Position numbers and translations under genes: made by a program. Below are positions 31,631-41,417 of a stretch of 64,000 nt of DNA, one piece after another. The notes under the pieces were generated by a model that made no database searches, had not been told where the DNA came from, and was given only the letters and a program-made list of their open reading frames with translations. Source of the stretch: Methanotrichaceae archaeon. Its GTDB lineage: Archaea; Halobacteriota; Methanosarcinia; Methanotrichales; Methanotrichaceae. Positions within the stretch are counted from its first letter, which is position 1, and every line of letters starts with the position of its first letter. The DNA lies in NCBI GenBank assembly GCA_963754945.1, contig CAVWIG010000013.1, positions 1-64,000 on the forward strand. The letters are read 5' to 3'.

Positions 31631-31845
31631 GGATGTATTGCCATGCTTGAAGACCCAAAATCATCATCTTTTAGTTCAATACTTCCCAGCCATAGGGCTT
31701 GAAGACCCATGGTTGCTAGTAATAGAAACTTGATTTTTATGAATATTCTCAATTGATTCAATGAAAAAAATGGCCCGACAGAATAGCTAAAAAATACTGG
31801 ATAAGATAAGTTTAATAAAAAAAGTTGTAGGGATCGCCCAGCTCA

Positions 31846-32631
31846 TTACAGAGCTATGTATCCATTTTCCTTGGCTATCTTCTGTCCTTCAGGGCCGCTT
31901 ACAAAGTCGATGAATGCCTTAGCGCCCTTTGTAGGCAGGCCGCCAAAGGTATCCAGGTAGAGTTTGCGAGCCAATGGATAAGTCTTATCCTTTACTGTTG
32001 CCTCGGTAAGCTTGATGCCATTGAGAGTAACTACCCCAAGGGCTCCGCTCTGGGAATAGCTGTAGCCGAGATATCCAATTGCCTTATCGCTTCCGGTTAT
32101 GGCAGTCTTGACTTCAGAGTTGCCGCTTGCATAGGTCTTAACTCCGGGAGTTCGTGCGTTAGCGTCCCCCATTACATCGGTCAAGAAATTAGCCAGAGTG
32201 CCGGAGCCCTGCTCCCTTGATATTGCGTAGATCTGTGCATCTGGGCCTTTCAGGTCCTTCCAGTTCGTTGTGTTACCTGCATATATCTTCTTGATCTGAT
32301 CTATGGTAAGAGCATTAACGCCTGCGTCATAAATTGGCTTGCTCACGCATATGGCTATTCCGTCGTAACCGATCAAATTCTCGACGAACTTGTCGCCGTA
32401 CTTGGTCTTCTCATCTGTAGTTACCTCTCGAGAGGCCATTGCAACATCTGCCTGGCCCTGAGCAAGGGCAGTTATGCCGGCACCGGTACCAGTCTGAGCG
32501 ACAGAAACGTGGTATTGTGTTTGGTTCGCATTGAAGGCATCAGCACATAGAACGCCCAGTGGTCCTACGGTTGTGGATCCGGAAACAACGACTTCTGTTG
32601 CTGCCGATGAGGCGGCAATCGTCCCCAGCAT
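31846..32631 (-). CDS. pstS: Phosphate-binding protein PstS (start uncertain)
   Basis: SGSTTV, TGTGAG, MASR, REQGSGT, YPLAR. Confidence 0.92.
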   Translation of the reverse strand: MLGTIAASSAATEVVVSGSTTVGPLGVLCADAFNANQTQYHVSVAQTGTGAGITALAQGQADVAMASREVTTDEKTKYGDKFVENLIGYDGIAICVSKPIYDAGVNALTIDQIKKIYAGNTTNWKDLKGPDAQIYAISREQGSGTLANFLTDVMGDANARTPGVKTYASGNSEVKTAITGSDKAIGYLGYSYSQSGALGVVTLNGIKLTEATVKDKTYPLARKLYLDTFGGLPTKGAKAFIDFVSGPEGQKIAKENGYIAL

Positions 32632-33132
32632 CAGGGAGACTAATAATACAGCTATTAGTTTTCTCGTGCTATCACCAAGGGCAAGAACATCCAGGTAATA
32701 TGTAAGGTTATTCGATATAAAATAGATAGCGGTAATCGAAGTATTTACGTGTATATGTTCTATGTGGTCGCGTATGTGAGTTACTGAAAAGCGCTAACAA
32801 GTGTCCAAATGGATATTTACCGGGAAATCGACCCTTAGCACCTGATTTGGGCAATGATTTTCAGCAATATTCACCCACGACCTTCTATGTTTTGTCTACG
32901 ATATTCAGTAGATTGCGGTTTCATATTATCAGCACTTTCATCTATTGTGTGTTATATCGTCACTATTTTCTATAAAGATAGCTTATTTATTTAATAATCC
33001 CATGCTCACGACTGCAGGCATAGTTATGAAAGATGCAGGAATAATTAGGAGGACAGGAACCGCATCGCTATCCTGGCTTTTAAGGTCACCAAGACCTTGT
33101 GAGAAAAAATCTCGATTAACCGGAGGGATTAC

Positions 33133-34182
33133 ATGAAAAGTATTATGTTAGCGGCGTTTGTCCTAATTGTTTTCTTAGGAACAGCGACGGCATTAACAAA
33201 TAGCTATATAGCACAGCCCGATCCAACTCAGAAAAGCATAAATGATTTTGTGGGTGGGATATATGGTACCAAGGACGCAAAAGGTAATGTGATTAATTAT
33301 CCGATAACTTTTGCGAATCAGGTCGTTGACAAGAACGTGAGCTTCGCCTTTGAACAAAGCGTTCAGGGCAACGGCTACTACATGACCTACAAGTACGCCA
33401 AGATGGGAAATGCAGAGTTCAAGGATTACGCACATGGAAGCGGCTCTCTGGACAACGAGGCTGTACTGACCAGCTACAATTCATCCCACCAGTCCCATCT
33501 GTGGAACGCGGACTGGAATGACCATAGTGTGAATTGCATCCAGTACAAAGAAACCACTCACGCGGTATACGCTCCGGTAAGGATCGCAATTGGTACCGGT
33601 TACTATGCTACCAATCCGCTGAACTACGACTCACTGATCAAGGAGAAGACCTGGATAAAGAACCGGCTTGCAGGCTCAGAGATGCAGAACGAGGTTGAGT
33701 ACGCCCACAAGCTCGACAAAGATCTAAGCGTCTTGGTAAAGGACTTTACCGATTTCACCTACGACCCGCTCTTCACGGCCAACGCTATCTCAAATATGAA
33801 GATAAAAGAGGATGTAGGAGCAGGCAAGATACACATAGGCGTGTTGCAGGCAAGCGCCGATGCCGTTAGCCAGGTTCCATTCTCGACGTTAGACACCGCT
33901 CCTGTGACTGCAGGGAGAAAGGCAGGATCTGGATGGGTTAAGCCCGCGGTCGAAATCGATGAGGATTACTTCGGGACATACCATGTCGAGAAGAACATGA
34001 CCCTTGTGGTACCTTACAGCAGGAACAAGCCTACCTACGACTGGCTGCCATGTTCTTGTATGACCACCCCTGGCGGCATTGCCGGCTGGAACGATATGTT
34101 CCTGACAGACCAGAAGGCTCACAGTGCGAAGGGATTCTTCGACTGCACGACCTGCTGGCCATCGAAACCCTGTTCCAGTTAA
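33133..34182 (+). CDS. Secreted/cell-envelope hypothetical protein with a Cys-rich C-terminus
   Basis: Signal peptide, GGAGG site, biased codon usage, followed by a terminator. Confidence 0.75.
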   Translation: MKSIMLAAFVLIVFLGTATALTNSYIAQPDPTQKSINDFVGGIYGTKDAKGNVINYPITFANQVVDKNVSFAFEQSVQGNGYYMTYKYAKMGNAEFKDYAHGSGSLDNEAVLTSYNSSHQSHLWNADWNDHSVNCIQYKETTHAVYAPVRIAIGTGYYATNPLNYDSLIKEKTWIKNRLAGSEMQNEVEYAHKLDKDLSVLVKDFTDFTYDPLFTANAISNMKIKEDVGAGKIHIGVLQASADAVSQVPFSTLDTAPVTAGRKAGSGWVKPAVEIDEDYFGTYHVEKNMTLVVPYSRNKPTYDWLPCSCMTTPGGIAGWNDMFLTDQKAHSAKGFFDCTTCWPSKPCSS

Positions 34183-34195
34183 GTAGCTAAAATAT

Positions 34196-34232
34196 AGGGG
34201 GGGTGATAACTCCCCTAACCTTCTCTTTTTTT
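34196..34232 (+). terminator. Hairpin plus oligo-T terminator
   Basis: AGGGG..CCCCT stem followed by TTCTCTTTTTT. Confidence 0.6.
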
Positions 34233-34529
34233 CTGATTCACCAAGATGTTATTCGAGAGCTTTGATGTTTGAGGAGAAACCTGAAAATACCATTGGGCTA
34301 ATCTCAAAATGTGGTCGTGTATCCGTTCCACTGAAACCTTGATTGGCAGCCCAGATCGCATACCTTAGTGGTTTTACTCAGCGAATGCAGATTTTCGAAT
34401 AGGTTTTCAACTAAGCAGAGGCACGGCCCAAAATGTTATGAGATCTTTAACCTTGAAACCAGTTGACTGGATTTATGCCGTTGATTATGACAGATGGTAG
34501 CCTTGAGATCCCACAGAACTTTGGTTTCT

Positions 34530-35498
34530 TCAGAGATCGCGATAATGATGCAGCTTTATTACACTAAGACAGGCAGTGGCCTCTCTGAAGATGAACGCGT
34601 TATGATCGCGATCTATGCCAAGTCTGGCCATTCTGAGAAGACCCAAGGCCATAAAAAATGGCAACGCTCTTGTGATTCTCCTAAACTCATCTTCATTCCT
34701 GCTGTACTTCCACAAGAAATGTCCTATATAGGGCTCTGCTCTTCCTGCGTTATTCTTATGAATTGCAAAATAGTGTTTAAGCTCTGCTGCAACTGTTCCA
34801 AGATCGTGGACAAAGTTGGCATGCTCCCAGGAGCTCTCCAAATCCAGAACGTAAACCTTGTTTTGATTAAATACGTAGTTGACTGGATTGGCGTCGCTGT
34901 GGATCATACATCCGTGTGGTTGATCCAGAAGTGTGGAATACCACCAGTCTCCTAGTAGCTGGTCATACTTTAATCGAGTCTTTCGATCCAACCTGAGCTG
35001 ATCCAATACTTTATGAGAATAGGCGAATTCATCCTGCTTGCGGTACTCTGACACTGTATTTTCATGGAGTTTTCTTTGCGTGTGGGCCATGGCTGTCAGC
35101 TTATCATAAAGCCCGTTCTCGGTTCTCATATACATGAAAAGAGGCTTGCCGTGTACGTACTCGGTTACAAGAACGCAAGAGAAGTCCTTTCTCATTCCTA
35201 CCGGCCTCGGAACGTCTATGATTCGCTCAACCTTTTTTAGTGTCCAGAATTCCCTCTCCATGGATTTGACCGGATCGTAATCCCTTTTCCAGCCAGTAGG
35301 CTCAGCATAGAACTTGGCTACTACGCCACACTCTTCGCCCACGAACTCGTATCGGCAGACTGTGTGAGATGCCGGGCCTATCTTGAACACCCGGACGTCG
35401 CATTTTTTGTGGTGTAATCTATCACCTAAAGCATCAACCAGCCAGTCTCTGAAGACGTCCCCTGGTTTCAGTGTACTTACTTGTCTTTCTGAGAGCAT
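34530..35498 (-). CDS. APH-like phosphotransferase
   Basis: VAKF, HSDANPVN, LDLE, DLG. Confidence 0.8.
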   Translation of the reverse strand: MLSERQVSTLKPGDVFRDWLVDALGDRLHHKKCDVRVFKIGPASHTVCRYEFVGEECGVVAKFYAEPTGWKRDYDPVKSMEREFWTLKKVERIIDVPRPVGMRKDFSCVLVTEYVHGKPLFMYMRTENGLYDKLTAMAHTQRKLHENTVSEYRKQDEFAYSHKVLDQLRLDRKTRLKYDQLLGDWWYSTLLDQPHGCMIHSDANPVNYVFNQNKVYVLDLESSWEHANFVHDLGTVAAELKHYFAIHKNNAGRAEPYIGHFLWKYSRNEDEFRRITRALPFFMALGLLRMARLGIDRDHNAFIFREATACLSVIKLHHYRDL

Positions 35499-35930
35499 GT
35501 ATACCTCGATTGGGTCAGAAATTGAGTTTATATAGCTTTTCTCAATTAATTATATGCTGTCAAGTCTTATAAAGGATCTATATAGCCGGGATAAACGATA
35601 GTGATTTTCAGCACAATTCAGATTTTCTTCTTCCTGCTGAATATCAAGTGCCCTACTGAAGGCCCAAAGTTAGTTTATTTTCGAAAGGCAAACTAAAAGA
35701 ACATAATAATACTGGTACATGCCCGTGAATGTTTGTGAAGATTTTAGGAAATTGGATTTAGCGCCTCAAAAGACAAGCGATTATAAGGAGACACCGCACC
35801 TAGGGCCGAAATGGTGCGGTGTTTCTTTAGGCATCCGAGGGGAATTGCCTGTAGGGTATTATAAGACAGGGCCCTAGGAAGGTCATAATGTATAAGAATA
35901 TAAAAATTTCCTTGATAGAATATATAAGGA

Positions 35931-36230
35931 CCATAGCCGTCAATTAAGTAACCGATTGAAATTGCTCTATTGTCCTAACATATAGATTGGATTGTTCTGC
36001 AGTGGGCGCGTGTAATTGAAGGATATTCGATATGAATTCCGTACCTAAGGTATCATAAGAAGGACCTCAGGAAAGTACCACATCTGGACCTGGGCGTTGA
36101 GATGAGACATGGTACTTTCCCGGTTTGTTCTGGAAACTCGTTTTTACTGGAGGGACCACCCAGGACTGGGCCCGAGATGCTTACTGTTAATGTCGAATAT
36201 ATTGATTGTCCAAATAGAATATATGCGGAT
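35931..36230 (+). ncRNA. Structured repeat, copy 1 (candidate ncRNA)
   Basis: Nested stems plus hairpin 36070-36080/36110-36120; covaries with copy 2. Confidence 0.6.
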
Positions 36231-37848
36231 CATAGGCGTCAATTAAGTAATTGGCGGCAGTGTAACGATTTTTCTGTACTTTGATAATAAGAATGATTAT
36301 CGGCCCTGTATCCTATCCAATCTTGAGAAAAGGAGGACACAGGACCATGATACCCATAGCACTCTTGGAAGATTACCTTATCGATCAGGAAGATGGACTA
36401 AAGAAGCTTCTGACCTGGTTCTTGAACCTTGTAATGCAGCTAGAAGCGGCGCAACAGGCAGATGCAGAACCGTATCAGAGAGTCGAATCCCGAAAGGCAC
36501 ATAGGAATGGCTACAAGGAAAGATCTCTGAAGACGCGAGTTGGAGAGCTCCGACTCAAGAAACCTCAATTCCGTGAAATTTCCTTCGAAACCAAGGTGTT
36601 CGACAGATTTTCGCGCGTAGAGAAGGCTTTGGTCAACGCTGTACTCGAATCGTATCTCCAGGGGGTTTCAACCAGGAGAATCCAAGATATTGTCTCTCGA
36701 TTTGGCATCGAGAATTTATCTGCCTCTAGCGTTTCCAGGATATCCAAAGAGCTTGACGAGAAGGTAGAAGAATTCCTGAAGAAACCTATCGAACGTCCTA
36801 TTCCTTATCTTTATGTAGATGCAAGCTACTTCAAAGTAAGAACAGAATCAAGATATGTTACCAAAGCTTTCATGATCGTCACAGGTGTTAGAGATGACGG
36901 TTATCGCGAGATACTTGGCGCAAGAATAGCTGACAGTGAAGATGAACTCTTCTGGTCGGGATTATTTCAAGATCTGGCGGATCGTGGGTTGTCCGGAGTA
37001 AAGCTCGTGATATCAGATGGTCATAAGGGAATCCAGAAAGCGGTTGAGAAATCATTTCTTGGTGCTTCATGGCAAATGTGTCACGTTCACTTTTCAAGAG
37101 CGGTCTTGAGAAACGTTGCCAAGAAGTATCATAAGGAGATCGCCGATAAGATCAAGATCGCTCTGGAAGACGAAATCAAGATACAGGACTTAGCGAAAGA
37201 ATTGAGGGAAAGAGGTTATGCGAAATCTGCTGACACTATCGACCGCTTCAGATTCAGTCTGTGGAATTACAGGGCATTCCCCAGAGGTCACTGGAGAAGG
37301 ATTCGGACTACAAACGGGCTGGAGAGGATCAACAAGGAGCTGAAAAGAAGATCCAGGGTAGTCGGTGCCTTCCCAAGTGAGAGCTCGTTCATGAGGTTAG
37401 GGGTTTCGATCCTCATCGATATCAACGAAGAATGGCTGACCGCTAAAAAGTATTTATCTATGGATGCTGATTGAGTATGTTGGGATACAGGGCAACTCCA
37501 AATTACAGAAATCTCGGCACACTACCTAATTGGCTGAAATTGCTCTATTGTTCAGACATTTTAGGAGAGGAGTTGAGATTTAAGCGGACTGCTCGAAAAA
37601 GGATTACATTGTACTGCCCAGAGAACGTGTAATCGAAGGATATTCGATATGAATTTGAATTTCGCACCTAAGTATCAGAAGTAGGACCTCAGGAAAGTAC
37701 CAAATCTGGACCTGGACGTTGAGAGGAACATGGTACTTTCCCATTTTGAACTCGTTTTTACTGGAGGGACCACCAGGTTGGCCCGAGATGCTTACTGTTA
37801 ATATTGAATATATCGATTGTCCAAATAGAATAAAGCAAGACAATAGAG
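36231..37848 (+). ncRNA. Structured repeat, copy 2, interrupted near its 5' end by IS256
   Basis: 36231-36255 plus 37535-37832 are clearly homologous to copy 1, with compensatory changes. Confidence 0.6.
36256..37526 (+). mobile_element. IS256 element (transposase 36281-37474), 8-bp TSD TAATTGGC
   Basis: TIRs and TSD read directly; protein identical to 57022-58215. Confidence 0.95.
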
Positions 37849-37902
37849 ATCCCAGATTGACTTATTTACTTTACTTTCCGACTTTTAGTCCTATATTTCA
37901 GC

Positions 37903-38564
37903 TTATTGAGCAGACCTACATCCATCGGGTATCGGCGCTTGTGCTTTGCAGTTCCGACAGACAATACCCAAGATGTTGATCATGGTTTCTTCCGGGAGTC
38001 CTCGTGGAGGCAATAGTTAGTGATCAACTTTTGAGAGCTGATCAGCGCGACTAAAGGAAAGGTGAATCTCCTCTACTATGGAGCCTTGAACTCAAGATCG
38101 ACTCGGAACTATAATCGATCGACTTGATGTAGGGTTACCAAACGTCACCTCATTCAAGAATTGCAGATGCCAATCATGCGACGACGGTCGCAAGAACCTT
38201 CTTTGCTGACTAGACTCGCAGTTTTGTTAAAAGCTACAAGGACTATACTGCAACGGAGAGCGAGAAGTTTCTTGGAAGTCGTATCGTATAGTTAGGGTAA
38301 CGTCCACGGCAAAAAGCGTTTCTGAGAGTTGTAGGAACGCCACATAAGAGGCCAAGGCTTGTGTGGCCGTTCGCGAGACAGTCGAGATCCGTCTTGTGGA
38401 GTCCTTTGAGGTACGTTATGGCCTAATGCTTCGAATGGCAACATAGGATTTATTTATTTTCCAAATACAACAAGAGACGATCAGTGATCTATAGTAATCA
38501 TTTTCAAAAAGCTGATATCATCGACCACAACACTCCTTTTATGGGAGAGACCTAAATCCATCCT
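37903..38564 (+). ncRNA. Large multi-domain structured RNA candidate (element A)
   Basis: More than 12 mutually compatible helices and one pseudoknot; G-U pairs favour the plus strand; no ORF. Confidence 0.6.
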
Positions 38565-38798
38565 AGTCAGCTGCATATCTCTACCTTCCGCGATTCATTC
38601 GTGAGCGATATCGATTTAGGCAGTCCTCTTGACCTGTTGCAACCATGTTCCTATTGTATCTCTGGTGCAGTCTCATCCACACCTCATGAGCGCGAATAGC
38701 TCTCGTACTCTCGCCACAGTCTCGCGATCTGGTATCTCTTGGCTCGTAGCTTCCTGGCTTTCGTAGAGGACTTTGCTTAACCAAGACGGACTGATAAC

Positions 38799-41417
38799 TC
38801 AATGTTCCCATAGGATATGACTCTCTTCTAAAGGTACGAGGGCATCCGGGTGATAGGGAACTATTCGAGGCGTGTAATGATCCGCAGGGCGCGCTGCAAG
38901 CAACCGAGCCCTATATAGATAGCCATTGATCACTCCTGGTATGGGGGCCTCTTTGGTCATGGCCACTTTCATCGGTCCTTTATCATCCATTGAATCAGCG
39001 TAGAGTTCCACCTTAACCATGCCTGGATCGATTTCACCGAAGTAGACCTGAACCTCAAACTTCCAGTTCTCACCGTCTCTGGAAACACTTGTGCCCAAGA
39101 ATCGCATGCTACTCCAGTTTTCAGCTATTCTTTTGGCCCAAACGTCCAGTTCTTTGGCCAGCCTGCAACCATCTGCTTCTCGGCTCCTGAAGGTCTTGGA
39201 TGCAGTCAAGTAAATCTTCTCAACATACTCGCGCATCATGCGATCGCTGCTGAACTTTGGTGTAAGCTTTGACATACTGGCTCTGATACGAGCAATCCAG
39301 GCACTGGGATATCCTTCACTGTCGCGGGTATAAAACTCAGGAACTACTTGTTCTTCCAGAAGTCTGTAGAGCTGCTCTGCGTCGCTTTCATCCTGTTGAG
39401 GACCCAGGTAATCACGGCCATCTCCTAAGCTCCAGCCCACTTCAGGACCATAGGCCTCTGCCCACCAGCCATCAAGGACAGAAAGGTTCAGCCCGCCATT
39501 TGCTAAGATCTTCATCCCACTGGTTCCTGACGCCTCCATTGGACGACATGGAACATTGATCAACAGGTCAACTCCGGACAAGAGCTTCTGAGCTAGGGCT
39601 ATATCGTAATCCTCCAGGAAGACCACTCTATCGAAGAGATCCGGCCGGGAGGCAAACTGAGCCATTTCCTTGACCATTCTCTTGCCTTCATCATCTCTGG
39701 GATGAGCTTTCCCTGCCACTATGAATTGAACTGGACGTTTTGGGTCCTTCAGGATCCGGGCAAACCTGTCGGCATCACGAAGCAGAAGAGTAGGCCTCTT
39801 GTAAGATGCAAACCTCCGGGCGAATCCTATGGTCAGGGCATTAGAGTCGAGAACGTGATTGGCCTTCTGGATCTTTTCGGCATCAGCTCCATGCTCCTGA
39901 AGTTGGCGGATCAATCTGCGCCTGATATAATCTACCAGGCTCTTGCGTTCTTCAGCCCGGAAGCTCCAAAGCGCTTCATCGCTTAATCTTGATATCTCCA
40001 GAACTTTCTCAACATCGGTCAGATCTTTATGCTCATAACCGCATGCACGACTCCATATTTTCTTTGTCACAGGAGATTCCCAGGATGAAACATGCACTCC
40101 ATTGGTGATGTGCTCAACAGGGACCTCGGCTTGAGGCCATCGAGGGAAGAGTGGCTGGAAGATCCGTCGGCTCACTTCTCCGTGAAGGCGGCTTACACCG
40201 TTGACGTGGGAACATCCTCGCATGGCCAAAAGAGCCATGACATATGGGCTGTTCTCGTCTTCGGGGTCTACCCTACCTAAATTTACCAGTTCTTTCGCAG
40301 TGATTCCAACCGATTCCGCAGTCCATCGTGCATATCGATCGATTAGAGATTTATCAAAGCTATCAAAGCCGGAACCAACGGAAGTATGAGTAGAGAAAAC
40401 ATTGCCGACCCTGGTTGCCCAAAGGGCCACGGAGAAGGGAACGTTGTGTTTCACCATGAAGCTATAAGCTCTGGCCAACACCAGAAATGAGGCATGTCCC
40501 TCATTGATATGGCATACATCAACCTCTATGCCCATAGCCTGTAGGGCTAACCATCCTCCCGCACCTAGGACTATCTCCTGGATTAGCCGTCGTTCCTCTC
40601 CAGGATCGTAGAGATTAGCAGTGATAGCCCTATCCCAAAGGCTGTTCAATGGGTCGTTAGAATCAAGGAGGTAAAGGTCAACTCTTCCAACCTGAGCTTT
40701 CCAGACCCTGAGGTATAGATCCCTTTCTGGAAGCAGAAGCTTGACCCTCAGACGGCTGCCATCATTCTTGAGCACAGGAACCACGGGCAGCGTTAAAGGA
40801 TCGTTAAAAGGGAAGGCATCTATCTGTGAACCATCATCGGCCAGAACCTGATGGAAATAGCTTTGTTGATATAACAGCCCCATTCCTGTCAGTGGGACTC
40901 CTAAGTCACTAGCAGTCTTGAGGTGGTCTCCGGCAAGTATTCCCAGGCCCCCGGAATAGATTGGTAGCGCCTCGCTTAATCCGAACTCCATGCTGAAATA
41001 AGCTATCTTCCCCATCTGGAAACAGTAGCCATGCCGATCGAACCAGCACATCTCCTCTTGGCTTTTTTTTCTGCTTTCCGTCCATAACTGAAGTTCCTTC
41101 TTGAACTCTTCATCTTGAGAGATTTCTTCCAACCGCTCCTCTGAAATATTCTTCAGGATCATGTAGGGATTATTGGTTTGCTCCCAGGCCTCAGGATCCA
41201 ACCGCCTCCAGATCAAATCTGCGGCGCAACGCTCATTCAAGCGAAGGTCTAAAGCAAGTTCGTATAGTACCTCAAGACCCTCTGGAAGGGAACGTTGAAA
41301 TGAAGAGTTCATACAAATACCCTCATTATTCAAAATCCCATTAATGAGATGCTTCAGCCCAATGGTATATCTTACATCCAGGCAGAACTCTCTTGGCCAC
41401 AAATCCTTCTCGTTCAA
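38799..41417 (-). CDS. glgP: Alpha-glucan (glycogen) phosphorylase; true start probably ~41312
   Basis: YFSMEFG, YSGGLG, NEGH, ARRFASYKR, EASGTSGMK (PLP lysine). Confidence 0.95.
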   Translation of the reverse strand: MNEKDLWPREFCLDVRYTIGLKHLINGILNNEGICMNSSFQRSLPEGLEVLYELALDLRLNERCAADLIWRRLDPEAWEQTNNPYMILKNISEERLEEISQDEEFKKELQLWTESRKKSQEEMCWFDRHGYCFQMGKIAYFSMEFGLSEALPIYSGGLGILAGDHLKTASDLGVPLTGMGLLYQQSYFHQVLADDGSQIDAFPFNDPLTLPVVPVLKNDGSRLRVKLLLPERDLYLRVWKAQVGRVDLYLLDSNDPLNSLWDRAITANLYDPGEERRLIQEIVLGAGGWLALQAMGIEVDVCHINEGHASFLVLARAYSFMVKHNVPFSVALWATRVGNVFSTHTSVGSGFDSFDKSLIDRYARWTAESVGITAKELVNLGRVDPEDENSPYVMALLAMRGCSHVNGVSRLHGEVSRRIFQPLFPRWPQAEVPVEHITNGVHVSSWESPVTKKIWSRACGYEHKDLTDVEKVLEISRLSDEALWSFRAEERKSLVDYIRRRLIRQLQEHGADAEKIQKANHVLDSNALTIGFARRFASYKRPTLLLRDADRFARILKDPKRPVQFIVAGKAHPRDDEGKRMVKEMAQFASRPDLFDRVVFLEDYDIALAQKLLSGVDLLINVPCRPMEASGTSGMKILANGGLNLSVLDGWWAEAYGPEVGWSLGDGRDYLGPQQDESDAEQLYRLLEEQVVPEFYTRDSEGYPSAWIARIRASMSKLTPKFSSDRMMREYVEKIYLTASKTFRSREADGCRLAKELDVWAKRIAENWSSMRFLGTSVSRDGENWKFEVQVYFGEIDPGMVKVELYADSMDDKGPMKVAMTKEAPIPGVINGYLYRARLLAARPADHYTPRIVPYHPDALVPLEESHILWEH

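Noticed and set aside
35784-35878. Pistol ribozyme
   Set aside because: The UAGGG/CCCUA pseudoknot is similar, but loop size, AAA linker and P2/P3 cleavage junction do not fit.
36102-37979. ORFs 36102-36284, 37604-37843 and 37719-37979 as proteins
   Set aside because: They overlap the structured repeats; starts, ends and indels differ between copies and changes track base pairing instead.
38141-38420. Canonical group I intron
   Set aside because: No interrupted host gene, no clear P6/P8, and G-U instead of G-C at the would-be G-binding site. Kept only as a topological analogy.
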